DNA from: Vicugna vicugna
Taxonomy: Eukaryota
Direction: 5' to 3'
Assembly (NCBI GenBank): GCA_013265495.1
Contig: MU061579.1
Coordinates: 2,973,319 to 3,037,318, forward strand
Length of the DNA: 64,000 bases
Positions within the stretch are counted from its first letter, which is position 1; each line of letters opens with the position of its first letter. The notes below the pieces were generated by a model. It was not told the DNA's origin. It made no database searches and saw only the letters and a program-made list of their open reading frames with translations. Positions 39,951 to 53,420 of this stretch are shown one piece after another. Position numbers and translations under genes: made by a program.

Positions 39951-41407
39951 ACAAATACATAGTGAGAATTCTTTGTAGGGGCTATAGGGAGCAAATCAGA
40001 TCACTGCATTCTCTTTCAGTTGTAAACTACTCCAAAGAGGTGGCTCCCCACAGCATCATTAGTGTTGCTACTATATCATGCTCTAAAGAATTGAAATGTG
40101 TAGAAATTAGCTCCCTTTGCGTTTCAAGAAATAGTCCATTCCCAGTAAAAACTCTGACAAAGGTATTCAAGGGACATGCTGTTGAATCTCATGAAATTCA
40201 AAAGAAATAATCAATCAGAATCTTTTAGATTATTTTGGTGATAGATACAGTTTATGTAAATATAGTATGTTATTATTAACTACAATTAATAGAAAATGAA
40301 TAGTAAACAAGGAAGATATACTAGAAAAATTTCTAAACTGAATCCAGAGAAAAACATGGAAATATCTAGTTCTAGACGTTTCATTACCTTAGAGGTGGAA
40401 CTGAGCTAATTTAGTGAAACCTGCAAACTTTGCTCATCCCCAAGTGATGAAAACATTGGACTCAGTCCTGCAAAAAACTATAGTTTCGAACTTAAAAATG
40501 ATTTTTACATTATCTGAGAAATATTCCAGAATTTTATATTATATGATAGATCACATTAACCCATGAGGTCTAGTCTTTGCATATAAAATACACAGTCTGG
40601 AAAATAGAAACGATTTCAAAATAATCTAAGGTTTTTGTGTGTGGATTTTCTTCTCCACAAGGAGACTCTGTAGACACCTTATTCTTTCCTGTCTCCTTAC
40701 AGAGCAGATAATGTGAACCTCTCTCATTTCAAATCCTCCAATCACCTAGCCTGTCTTAACTTTAACCAGACCTTCTCTTATTATTTCTTCTTCTTCATTC
40801 TGTCCTCTTTGTTTTAAGTTACAAACTACAAAGTAACTAGTCTAACAACTTAACAAATTCCACAGAAAAAAAGGGCACTAACAGACAGTAGATATGGGGA
40901 GTATTGAGTATTCCAAAATAGAATCTCCATTTAAGGATGCTGAGAGCACTCATAGCTTACTAATGTATGTTCTGGGCAAATTTGATATTTCAAAATTAAG
41001 AATAAGTAAAATAGAATAGTTCAACTAAGACTAATTATGGAAATAACTTCAACAATAGTTAGAAGATGTTATTGAAAATAGCTAATAATTTCTGTCCATA
41101 TAAAATTAAATGTCTTACACTCATTTTTTATCCTCTTTTTTCTTTTATTTTGGGAGTGGGAGGAGTGTAGGGAGATCCCACATATGTATCTTTAGAAACA
41201 CATAAATAGCCTGATGTGTAACTGAGAAGCTAAAAATTCAGTTTTGCATTGTAAATTATAATATATGACTGTGTGTATGTTTGTGTGCATATATATATGT
41301 GTGTGTGTGTGTCAGATTTTTGTCATTAGTTTTTAAGATGGGGGCATTGGGAACAGAGGAATCAATTTTCTTTATTCTGTGTAAATGTATATTTCAATCT
41401 ATCTAAA

Positions 41408-41535
41408 ATCATTAGCTATTTTTATTTTACAGTTTGTGTTCTTGATTGAGCAGGTGAGTACAGAATATTAGATCATTAGCTATTTTTATTTTACAGTTTG
41501 TGTTCTTGATTGAGCAGGTGAGTACAGAATATTAG
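41408..41535 (+). repeat. Perfect 64-bp tandem duplication (2 copies)
   Basis: ATCATTAGCTATTTTTATTTTACAGTTTGTGTTCTTGATTGAGCAGGTGAGTACAGAATATTAG at 41408-41471 and again at 41472-41535. Confidence 0.98.
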
Positions 41536-43694
41536 CTGAGAGAGATTACAGGAAAAATGTGAAGTAAATTATTTGTTTTTAATTTCAAACAGAAGTCAGG
41601 GCAATGTTAAGAAACTGGACTACACTGCTAAAGTCTTAACATACAGCTTTATTTACAATAGGATAGCCCAAATTTACTGATGTCGGTTTCCTGCATTATA
41701 ATATAATTTGTCTGTTTTATCCAGAGAGGGTAAGACATCATTGAGGTTGGTGGTTAAAGGGAGTGGACTTTTATGAGGACCCTGTTCTGAGATAGGATAT
41801 TAGCTTAGTGAAGGCTACTGAAGCATATAGGAAGTGTTTAACAACTGCCATCCTAGGATGCCTGGTCATTTGGCTGAAATGGAAATCTAGACATTTTTCA
41901 CCCTCCTTGTAGTAGACATGAGCTTGATCCTGCCATGAAGCAATTCATCAGGAATTAGATACAACACACTGAACCTTTAGGTTTGGAAAAGAGGAAATTC
42001 TAGAAGTTCAGTTACAATGTCCTTCTGTTGTGCATGAATATTCCATCAAGTCTGTTGAAAGTTGCAACCTACTCTCAAGTCTGCTCTAGAGACATATGGT
42101 AAGAAACTCCTCCACGCTATTGATGGCACAGAAAAGAATGTGGGGAGAAGTGGGGCCAACAAGGAAGCAGCAGCATCCGCCTAAGGAACTCCTCAATCAT
42201 ATATAAGCGGGGATCGCAGGAGTAGGACCCAGATATCACAGAGACTATGACTTGACAGAGACCAAGCAAGGAAAAAAGAAAAAAAAAGGTACAGAAATGT
42301 TACTAATATACGCAGAAAGAAATCACATGGGACCCAGAACATTCTAAGAGATTCACACTAGGGAAGCTGTGAGTTTGTAAATTACAGCTCAAAAGTATCT
42401 CAGATAATGTCTGTTTTTCTATCACTTTAACTAAGTAACACAGTGATGCCTGATGTGTAAGAGAGACTAAATCCATATTTGTGAACAATTTTCAAGGGAA
42501 TAAAAAATAATTGGGCTGCGAATAGAAACTTTAGCCACATGCTGGTGAGAGATAATAGACCTGACTGCTATGTAAGAAAACTGCAGTTTTCATAAGGTTC
42601 TTGTTTTCCTCTACAGCCAAACACAATTCTATATGAAAAATATTGAATTTACCAAAATTGCTCCAGCTAAATAAATAGAGAATGTAGTCTGTTAGAGATA
42701 TTGAGATACAAATAGAGTCATTTATATTTTATTGGAAATATAATCTTTCAGAGTTGTAAGGTCTATCATTATACCTTTTGTGAAGTGATCCTTACTACTC
42801 TGAATTTAAATATTATGATCTGTCTCAGAGGAGTTACACTAATGTTTCAGTCTAAACTTTAGTCCAAACTCAATCAAAAGGGTGCACCATTGTAGATTAA
42901 ATGTTAGTATTTCTCTTTTGTAGCAATGAAAGTGCCAAAATCCATGTCTAATCACAGAAGGGGTCCAACACGGATAAGTAAAGATAGGGTTCCCCAAGGT
43001 GAGGTTGGCAGTTTTGCAGGGCACCAAATTGATCTTGGAAAAGTCACATAGCAAAAGCTTTTGGTTCTACAGGTTTAAAATATAAACTGATCCCTTGTTC
43101 AGGATTTGATCTCCTGAAAGGCTTGTGTTCTTGGGGGCTCTGAGATGCTGCTTTTGATAATTACTAGAACCAATCCCTAGTCAATGTTCTTTAATTTGAT
43201 TCTAGAAGGAGTTTTAAATGCACGTTATCTGACAGCTGAGCATATTGAACTATTGTCTTGAAAACTCATTGGAGGGACAATCTTGTTCAAGCTTACCATT
43301 AGAAAAGCTGGATATTCTATTTGAAGAAATACAGTAGTTTGGACAAAGGCTTACCAGTGATGAGCATTACCTGGAGAACTGTTTGAGTCCTGGCTTTGGA
43401 CTGAGACTACATGTCAATAGTCAGTTGCATGCAGAACGTTATACTGTACTCTGAATCAAACTTCTTCCTATGGTGTGGAACAGAAAGAATAATCCCTTTT
43501 AGACCACGAAAGTCTACGGAATTTATAAACATTAGAGATTAGTAGAATTTAAGAGAGATACACTTGTTTCTAATAAGGAGTATGGGTTTTTGAGTAACTA
43601 ATTTGAATATATTCTCTTTGTCCAAAGATTTCCTTACATATATTGATGAGTTTGAGCATGATTGTTAAGAATAAAAGTCTCTTCAATTTAAATG

Positions 43695-43812
43695 TGAAAA
43701 TTTATTATTAAATAAATAATAAATAAGATTTATTATTAAATAATAAATAATAAAATTATTATTAATAAATAAAAATAATAAAATCAATCATGTATAAATT
43801 AATAATAAATTT
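43695..43812. repeat. AT-rich low-complexity (AAT/AAAT)n tract
   Basis: Almost purely A/T, with recurring TTTATTATTAAATA. Confidence 0.85.
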
Positions 43813-44149
43813 GAAAAGAATATATATCAGACAATTCACTCAAAACTTTTCAGTATAAAACATATATTTGATAATTAGGGAAGTAGATGGGCTAAACAGT
43901 AAAATACAACATGCTATCTTCTGTGAAAGTGGGAGAAAAAACTCCTAACACTTAATAAAAAATTACATGTATTTTTCATTGCCAGTGTGATTTATCAATT
44001 ATGTAATATGTTCCATACAAATAATTAATGTAATAATCAGCTAAACTCTATTACTGCTTCTATAATTATTCCATATTAAAAAGCAATAAAGTTAATAAGA
44101 TAGGGAGATTTCTCATACAAGTATTAAATTCATTTAAAGGGATGTTAAC

Positions 44150-44560
44150 AATTTCAGGTGGTTGTAGCACGGTAGCCCCTCAATGCAGCCTATCTCAATA
44201 ATTATCACGAAGATTTGAAACATGGTTCTCAAATTCTCATCCTCAGAGATTAGCAACCTAATACATGCTTATCATGATAGCATCGGAACTGTTTCCCAGT
44301 CAACAAGCTCAGTCATTTCTGTGATTCATCCAACGACCTCTTCCCACCATGTTCAACATCCACTAGTGGATGTGTGTTTTGTGTTAGCCATGCTTGCTCT
44401 TAAGAGTCAGGAGCTTTATCCTTCAGTCCATCATTTAATCAGTTGGACTGTAATAAGGATGGCTTCTCTCCCTCTGGATCTTCCTGTATGTGAACGAATC
44501 TGAGATCATGGGACTTTAGGACACATTCAACACCCCCCATTTTGTACCATATTAGGAGTA
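44150..44560 (-). mobile_element. Possible ERVL/MaLR gag-like internal remnant
   Basis: Minus-strand WWEEVVG*ITEMTELVDW loosely resembles ERVL gag PW..EEGIQRLREIGMLEW. The match is weak. Confidence 0.3.
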
Positions 44561-45925
44561 AACCATTTTAGAAGAATGTAACTATTTATAGGTACGATTG
44601 GCATAACAGAAAATAATTCTTTTCATAGAGCTTTCAAAGAAAGATCTGCCTTCGTTTAAGTTCCTAATTGGTCCTCTCTATAGCTTTCTTTGGACTCCAA
44701 AGTCTGTAATGTATGTACAGAGCAGCTGGTGCTATGGTCTGTGCAAGGGGGATTCTTGCCATATTGGAGAAGCCTGTTTTCTTTTTGTACCATAATCATG
44801 TTTGTATTTGATCTTCTCATCAAAATTCAGAAAAACATAAACAGTCTTTGCCCTTCAAGGAAAATATTTGTTGACAAGCAGAGTGCTGCTGCTGCTGCTT
44901 CTTTTTTTAATCCCCCCTTTTTTTGTTGATTCTTAACATCTCAAAATTAAGTGTTTGTTTGTTTTTTTGTTACCTTTGACTTAATATTTATTATTTTCTC
45001 CTAAAACATAAATGTTCTAGGGACAGGTCATCTATGTCAGTCATTGATGCTTTAGTATGAATAAATTTTAAGCCCTTTTTTCTTCTGACCCAGTTAGTTT
45101 CATTTTATTCTATGACTAAATTTCCAGTCATCCCAAGGATATGCACTTTATCCCTAAAGGGAATGAGGAAAGAAATTTGTTCACTGTCAAACTGCTTGAA
45201 CTTCTACTTCCATCCTTTCCCTACTCCACAATATGGCTTTCACCCCACTATTCATTGCAAATACATCCTTTTTAAATTTTATTTATTTGGCGGGAGGTTT
45301 AGGTATATTTCTTTCATTGGAACAAAATCAAGACCATTAAGGCCACAATGCAATCTGTGACCATGCCTTCAGTGTGTCTTTCTGTAGCTTAGCAGCCTTT
45401 TAGTAGACTGGCTTCCTTCTGTTCCATCCCCTGGCTGATTTAATAGCCTCCTATCTCCCTGGGTCTACTACTGAGTTTAGTTTAGGCTCCACATTTTTTC
45501 AATGACTGCAAGATATCGAAAATACAAGAATGCTTGTACATAATATATTTAATTATGTCTAATAATCATTCTGCCTCATCAGAAATTTGTCCCAAGGAAG
45601 TTACATTTAATCTAATGTATTTAAATTGAAACAGATACTACCATAAAATTATAAATGGAGGGCTTAAGGGGGTACTATATGGACACTCTCTTATCCTATA
45701 TCAATATATAAAATTATATATGACAATACACCACAATGTATTAAATTCCAATAGAAAATTATGTAAATTATAAATATCCTATAATATATTAAAGAAAAGT
45801 ATGAGAAAGAAATATGAAGTGTGTATGTAATAAGTTTGATGAAGAGTGGAGCAATGGACTTCACACACAGTGGATAATGGTTGCTTTTGTTGGTTACAAG
45901 GAAAGAAGGTAACAGAATTAAAGAG

Positions 45926-45926
<1 letters not shown>

Positions 45927-45956
<30 letters not shown>

Positions 45957-45966
45957 CAAAAAAACA
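45927..45966 (+). repeat. (CAAAA)n microsatellite
   Basis: Directly visible in the sequence. Confidence 0.95.
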
Positions 45967-47869
45967 AGAACTTAGTACAGTTTGATTATGCTTTTACCAT
46001 TATTGGCCAACATCTCATATACGTGGAAAACTCCACACGAAAGTGTTTATTATAGGTCTATTTTTGGAATAAATTTTGGAAAACACTCCTTTCTACTCTT
46101 GGTCACCTCATCTTCATTGGATAGCTCAAAGATTGTAACATCATTTCCACATTTTTTTGTGTGTTTGAATCAGTTAAAAAAGTATATTCTGGCTAATTAG
46201 AGTTTTCAGAAGTTTTCAAAATTTTCTACTTCTGGCAGAAATGAATTTATCTGACATTACATTACTAAAGGAGTTCTTGGAAACCAGAGTCTTTACAAGA
46301 AATCGAAAAAAAGAAATAGCACCAATATTAATACAAATTTCCTTAAGAAACAGGATTGCATAGAGTTATTCTTTCACTCTGAGCTAGTCATGTTTTATTT
46401 GGAGGTGAGCAGGATATTCCCTGAGTAACACAGAAGATGAACTAAATTATAAATTGTAATACATTGTCATTTGTAAAAGTGCAAGACAGTAGTCACAGTC
46501 AATTGTAATTAATGACTGTTAAAATATACTCTTTAAAAACTGCAGAAATTTAAGCAATCTAGATGGTCATAGCCTGAAACTCCATAACACTTCGTAACAT
46601 ATTATATAATCAATAAATACATAATTGTATAATAAAATTAAGTTAATAAATGTAAGTTTGAGACATTAGTGAAATACTATGTCCCTAATCATCAAAAATT
46701 CCCAAAATGTGAATAATATTTTTAAAAATATTCACATCCATAACCCTAACACATAAAAAATGATAATCCAAAGTGTGAGCGCTCAGAAATTGAAAACAGT
46801 AAAATTATCAAGGATGTTTTATGATGATTTTTTCCCTATAAATCTATAAAAATCAGATTGTTTTATGAAATAGCAAATTAGAGGGAATTTGTAAAAAACA
46901 TTCCTAAGTTGCTTTCCCATTAGTTTGTATAATTCAGGGTTGAAATAGAACCAAGAAATTCCAAGACTGGAATTATGCCAGGATTTTAAAGATTACCAGG
47001 GTCCTAATAACAGTATATCTTTTAGGATTTGTATAAATCAATGTATCAGAAAATAATTATAGAGATTTTAGCTTAACAATTTTTCAGATGTTGTTTCCTA
47101 ATACTATTCATTGTTGACCAACTTTGTGCAGATCAGGATTTTAACATTCAATCTGAAAAGAAACTACAACATTTAAAGAAAAGAATTAATAATTAGATAA
47201 AAAGTAATTTTACTTGAATGAAAACAATTGGTTGTCCATTAATTAGTTGAGATATTTAGATGGAGACAGAGTGTGTATAATATTAAAAATTGGTATCAAG
47301 TAACCAATAGTTGTGCATTAAACATGATATTCAACCATTTAATGCATAATTTTGTTAAAGTCATGACTTGCAGTGAATAAGGGGGTGAACTCATATTGAG
47401 AATTGATTCCATCCACAACAGCACACTAGGATCCATGATATAAAATAATAATAGTAGCAATAATAATAACAGTGATAAAAGGGATAAAAGAAGAGAAGGA
47501 AGACATGAAACGTGAAGGAGGAAGAAGAAGAGAAATATAGAATATTACCACACTGGAGAATGATATATTTGTTACATTGATTTTAGAAAATTATTATTTT
47601 AAATCTAAGAGATAATTTCTTAAAGCAGCTCTATTTCAGAATTTTACTGCAAACTTTAGTACAGATAAACACATTAGGTAATTCATATTAAAATACTACT
47701 AGAACTTCATTTTTCCAAATTCACTTCATTATCACAGCATGAATTGAATCTATTACTTAATGAAAATCCATACTCTGCTCCTTAAAAGATATCATACAGT
47801 TTATACGTGATAGTGGTAAAATTGCATAATTATTAAGGAAAGCTAATGCTGTGCATGGAACTGATCTGA

Positions 47870-48146
47870 ACTGCTTCCCAGCTCTGACAGTTGACAGTGA
47901 TGTTTGGCATGTAGACACACCAGTCAATGTTTACCTCTGTTGTCTCATCACGTCTTGTGTGTGCTCTTCTGTGCCTGTGTCCAAGTTTCCCACTTACAAG
48001 AATACCAGCATTGGATTGGCACCCACTGTAAAGCAGTATAACCCCATCCTAACCTGATCACATTTGCAAAGACTTTACTTTAAAATAATGTGTGATTCAT
48101 AGATACTTCAATATATCTGCTTAGGGACACAATTCTGCCCCTTACA
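47870..48146 (-). mobile_element. MaLR LTR fragment, MLT1C-like (5' half)
   Basis: TGTGTCCAAGTTTCC, CATTGGATTGGCACCCAC and CATTTGCAAAGAC, ending GGGACACAATTCTGCCCCTTACA. Confidence 0.8.
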
Positions 48147-48379
48147 CTGTCTTTTAATTCTAATAACTATATAAATACTATATGTTACTGGCCAACTAGT
48201 AGAGTAATATAGTATAAAAATCATACAATATGTTTTCATTTGAAGTTAAAAGAAAATCCCTAGTATTCATGTCTTTGTTTAGACAGTTTTACATCTATCA
48301 TTAATCCATCCCCAAATTTCTTGTCAAACATCAAAAAGTCCCAGTACACTCAAACACATGGCAAAATCCATCATGGTTC

Positions 48380-48812
48380 TGTCAAGAAGGCTCAAGGCTA
48401 TGAAATTTTACTCTACGTGTAAGCTAACAGGTGAGGCAGCCAAGTTGTGTGGTGGTTGATGTAAGACACAGACTATTGGGGTCAGAGATGAAGGACTGTT
48501 TATTACTCCTAGCGATAGAAGTGGCCAGAGGGTAAGTATTTCACACTTTGTTACTGAGCTCCAGTTCCCACAAGGTGATGCCAAGAGGGCTAGGTGACAC
48601 TTGCTTACACAATGGGATGTGTTACAAGATGGGTATCTAGGGCTTAGAGAACGGCAGTAAGCATGTCTGTCCTCTACTCTGAAAGGAGTTACTGTCCCTG
48701 TGGTTCAAGGCTGTACCTAATGGAAACATCTTTGAAGAGATAATCCAGAATAAAGCATCTGTGCCTTTCTAGCAAGAAAGACAAAAGACCTATAGAAAAC
48801 TATATCCCAACA
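48380..48812 (-). mobile_element. ERVL solo LTR, LTR40-like
   Basis: The reverse complement starts TGTTGGGATATAGTTTTCTATAGGTC, continues GGATTATCTCTTCAAAGATGTTT and CAGCCTTG, has AATAAA near the 3' end, and ends TGACA. Confidence 0.85.
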
Positions 48813-50339
48813 TTTCTGTCAGTGTTTACTTTTGCTTACTTATTTGTTTTCTGGTTTTGTTTTCATTAAAGACATTTCTCCTAGACTTCTTTCTTTAGGA
48901 CAATAGGAAAATTTTGCTTCTGAAAAGGTATTTTTACCATCTCCCTGGAAATTAGCTTTGCCTTCTTTCACATTTAATCTCTAGTTTCTCACCTTCCCAT
49001 TGTTGGCATTCCTCACATCTCTGGCAATATAAGACTGCCTAATAAAAAAATAATAATAGTTATGAAAACACTGTGTAATCATACCTACAAGTAAGGTAAT
49101 AAAAGCAGGTCAAGCCTGCATGGCAGGGTCAGGGTTTGTGGACTGGGTTACTAGTCTCTCATGTTAGCTGGCAGAACTGATTCATCGGGGGATGCTTAAA
49201 AATTAGCTTCACTCTAGTCCCCTTACCACTCCAATCCCAATATTCCCAATCTTTAGCAAGTAGAAATATCTTTTTAATATTTTTTCTCTTAACTCTAGGA
49301 TTATAGCTTAAACCAAGTTGGTAAATGATGTGGAGTTTTAAAAAACTCATATATTGTATATACATATGTATATGTGTATGAATCCTCCAAGGTATGTGAA
49401 CAACTAAATTCTTTCCTTTTGCCTTGTCTTTGTGGCTCCTTGAGGAATAACTTCTGAGTAATCTTGAAATGATAAGAAATAAAACTTATTGCGGGGAATG
49501 TATGAACAACCTCCACATTGGCATACTCAAAATGTTTGTTGCATGCATAATTAAATTAATGGAATTAATCTATAGTGAAATACTTTATTTCTATTCCAGC
49601 ATATTACCAGTTTAACTTCCTTCCTGTGTGAGAACATATTTACTTTGGGGTTTTTCTCTTTTGGTGGGTAAAGCACTGAAATATATTAAGTATATGTTTC
49701 AGGCTTTCTTAATATTTTGCTATTCTGTGAATAAAACTCATAGGATTTCAGAGTATAAACAGAGATGTTTCCTCAAATCTTAGAAGACTCTCTGTCTGAT
49801 CCTCATTACATTTTGTAGAAGTTAAAGTGAAATAGCATACTGAGATATGCTTTATTCCTATATCTCAAAGAATATTCTTGAAACTCTATTATGTCAGTTA
49901 TAAAGATGGAAGCCAAAATGATATGTCAAAGATATAAAAACATATTAGTGAATCGTCTTACAAAACTAATCAATATATCACAAGATAAAAAGCTTTTCTT
50001 AATTATTTCATAAACACTTTCTTGATATTGATAATAGTGAATTTGAAATCCACTAAGATTAATGCCAGGAGAGTTTAATTTATATTAATCTATGTTATTC
50101 AGCAATTCATGTTGAAGAGATTAAGGATTATTAGGCAATGCAACAATTTATGCTTTATGTCTTTAAAGCTGTGGAATTCACTCAACATGTATTTATTAAA
50201 TGATTACTATGAATCAAACACTTCTGAGTCTAGGAATATTTTATTCAGTTTTTACCAACTGCTGTAATAAACTATATAAAGTGTAACTTTGAGTTTCATT
50301 GTGTTAAAATGAAAAAACATTTCTCTATCAAGTGTTTGG

Positions 50340-50880
50340 GATGAAGTCTTAGTGCTGGCATGTGTGCAGGAAAAAAATCTTCATACCATGTTTGAAGTAT
50401 AACTTGGTTCAAAATTTGTGAGTGAAATAGGACAGGGTTTATTTGAATATTTAGAAATTGTTTGTATTCTTTGACACAGTACTTCCTTTATTAGAAATTC
50501 ATCTTAAGCATATAATCATAAATGTGCCTACATTTACATATAGAAGGTATGCTGAATCATTATTTATAACACTGAAAAAAATAGGTAGTCCAAAGGAATG
50601 ATTTACAACTGGGCAAATAAATATTTATAATAGCAAGATACTCTGTAGCTATTAAAAATCTATTTTTGAAACAAATGAATATGAGAACATTTAAGGTATA
50701 TGAAGAAGAAAAGTATTCAGATTGTTAGGAAAATGTGTATCTTCACACAAAAATATTAAAGAGTAGAAGATAAACACCAACTTATGTAAGCATTCCTGAG
50801 TACTATTTAAAAGTTTTCTTGAAATTGAGTATTTTTGTACACGTCAAATGGTCCATGGTGAGTTTTGGATGTTTTGTGAT
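50340..50880 (+). mobile_element. Old L1ME 3' region
   Basis: TTTGACACAGTACTTCCTTTATTAGAAATTCATCTTAAG, CATTATTTATAAC, TACTCTGTAGCTATTAAAAAT. Confidence 0.65.
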
Positions 50881-50967
50881 TTAATGTTATGTGAAATAGT
50901 ACATAGGCAATTTAAAATGTGTTGTTCAAGTTTAAAACCACTTTGATTATTGCAGTTTATGATATGA

Positions 50968-51150
50968 TAGTCAGCTAACATTTATTGTGAATTTACTGTG
51001 GACAAATAATTTCATTAGTAAATGTTTTAGACTAGACCATTAATCTTTACAATAATCCCATGAGTACATTATGCTCTTACACTTTTTTTTTAATAAATAA
51101 GAGATTTGAGGCTTAGAGATGCTAATTGCTTAAGCACATCTGATTTTAAA
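50968..51150 (-). mobile_element. MIR SINE
   Basis: AGCTAACATTTATTG, TAATCTTTACAATAATCCCATGAG, TGAGGCTTAGAGA. Confidence 0.75.
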
Positions 51151-51219
51151 GATCATTAGTTTGATTTGCCTCAAACAAATGTATTTTCACAGCTGTGGAT
51201 ATACTTTAACAAGTTTCAA

Positions 51220-51544
51220 GTTTATAAGTAAGAATAAGGTTTAACTTCTGTAATAAATGAACAGAAAAAAAAATTGACAGCTTACACAAAATAGCAGTTT
51301 ACATTTTCTCATGTAGAAGTACAGATAGGTGGTTTACATCCACACTCTGATACAACACAAGTCTGACACACTATAACTATTTACACGCTATTGGTCAGAT
51401 ATTAGTCAAACGGTAAAACTTAGCTTCAAGAGAGTCTGGAAATTATTTCTTATAAGGCCTGGGCATCTTGATAGCAAAAATCCAATGCTGAACTAAATTC
51501 ATGGAAGTGAAAGTAAATATTGGGAAACAATAATCTCTGCCACA
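51220..51544 (-). mobile_element. MaLR LTR, MLT1J/K-like, internally deleted
   Basis: ATTGGTCAGATATTAGTCA and TAGCTTCAAGAGAGTCTGGAAA, ending TATTGGGAAACAATAATCTCTGCCACA. Confidence 0.7.
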
Positions 51545-53007
51545 CAGAGCCAAATTCTGGAATGTTCCTCAACTCTTAGATATTTTGATTTTTTTATTTC
51601 ATATTAAATTAGAAAAATTAATTTTGAAAGTTGAAATGTATATTCTTACTATCATCCAATTATTGAACATTTATATTTGCACTATTTTTCAGTATTGAGA
51701 ATATCAGTGAATTTTAGAATACTTTATCTTAGCAAGGTATATACATATATGAAAATAATCAGAAAGAACTTTCTTACTGAACAGATCTTTCTGAAATTTG
51801 ATCATATTCATATTCATATGAACTTGTTCATATTAGGAATAGATTATTCATTTATGTGGTTCAAAATTGGAAATTTTGTAAAAAGGGAGTGTTTTCCAAA
51901 TACCAGTAGTAACCAATATAACAGGTTGTAAAATATATTTATGAAATCACAAATAATTTTCTTTTTCTAGCACTAAAATAAAATAAAATAGAATATAGTG
52001 CTTCATAAAATATTGTACAGAAAACATACATACTTCTTCACATATACTATACTTCAAAACCATAAATCTCTCTTCTCCTTTTTCCTTCCTTTCATCCCTG
52101 AGTGTGTCTGTGAGGGTCTGGAACAAATAATCTGAGTTGACCGATACTTATATTTAATCCTAATTTTTGTTGGTATAGTTCTAAAATAAACATAAGCATC
52201 CAATTTAAATCTTCACTTCAATTATCCTTTTTTGCTTATGTATCTAACCTATAATTTAGCCTTTCTAATTTTAATATATAAAGTTTTTGAAGTCTATTTC
52301 TGCTTGCTAACTTTTGTTCATGGTAGTTTATTTCCTTGTTGATTATCTATTTTTAGATTCTGGTCCCATATTATGGCAGTCTTTCTGAAAATATTGAGGT
52401 GCCTGTATTGACAATTGTTGTGGAAATAAGAATATCCATTGATAATTATCATTTTTAATTAAAAATACGACTCTAGTTATTTATTAAATGTCTGCCAGTA
52501 GGAAGAAATAAGAGGATTATCTACCAGCCAGAATCGGGGTGTACTTCACCTTGGTTTTAAACACACCAGCTTCGTGGGTTATTTTTGATTCATGATTACA
52601 GCTTAGGATTTTTATACCTCCATCCCTGTTTCCTTTCCAGAAATTGTTTTGGGATTCACAGATGAAGGAGATTCTTAGATTAACAAGTAAATAAACTAAA
52701 TTAAAGTTTATTTTAAACCATGGAGAGTAAAGTTATCATTTATCTGAAAATAAATGTCTTTTGGAAAGAAAAAGAGTTACACTATCTGTTCAAAATTTGA
52801 GGTAGTATGACTTTGATGGGATAAAATGTTAAGTTTTGTTTGGTTATTTTTCAATTGACTTTATTACTTTTTAAACATAACCATTTTGTTTAGGAGGGCA
52901 TTGGTTTTCCTCAGTATTCCTCCCATGTGTGTATGTATACATCCACACATTTACATCCATATATATACATAGATATTTACATACACACTTACACATCAGA
53001 CCATGAT

Positions 53008-53420
53008 GATGCCTGTCTGGGGATTGTGATTATTCATCATCACTGTAATAGATATTCGAAGGAGACAGAAAAGGTGATTGGTAAGGAAAGCAAATCTTTC
53101 CACTGCATACCAGCAAAATGCGATCCGAAGCAACGCAAGGACGAAAAGCTTGCTGCTGTCAATGTTAGCCAAGTGGCTCTAATCCTGACACTAACACTAA
53201 CCCTGAAGATGTGTGTCTCCAGCTCCATGCTGTTTTTCCAGACTTTATTGTGGTTTTCATCAGTCGATTGTAGATGCTATGAGGTACCCCTCTTTTCCCT
53301 TCCTTTTTAGCTGCCTTCAAGCTTTCAGGGATTATAGTACCCTCTGCAATTTTCAGGAAAAGCAGGCTCACCTGGTTTTGATGACAATATCGAAGTGTAT
53401 GTTCCAGGCAGTTCTTTCTC
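53008..53420 (+). pseudogene. Possible degenerate THAP zinc-finger-like coding remnant
   Basis: One frame reads CNRYSKETEKVIGKESKSFHCIPAKCDPKQRKDEKLAAVN, comparable to the THAP pattern C-x-N-R-Y...SFH-x-FP...R-x-x-W-x-AA. The Trp is replaced and the downstream CSxHF and AVP boxes are only partly recognisable. Confidence 0.4.

Noticed and set aside
41408..41535. CRISPR-like or other repeat-spacer array
   Set aside because: There are only two abutting copies with no spacer, in mammalian DNA. I saw no repeat-spacer array anywhere in the window.
42830..43480. Possible ERV env or other coding remnant
   Set aside because: I could not identify any convincing motif in the frames examined.
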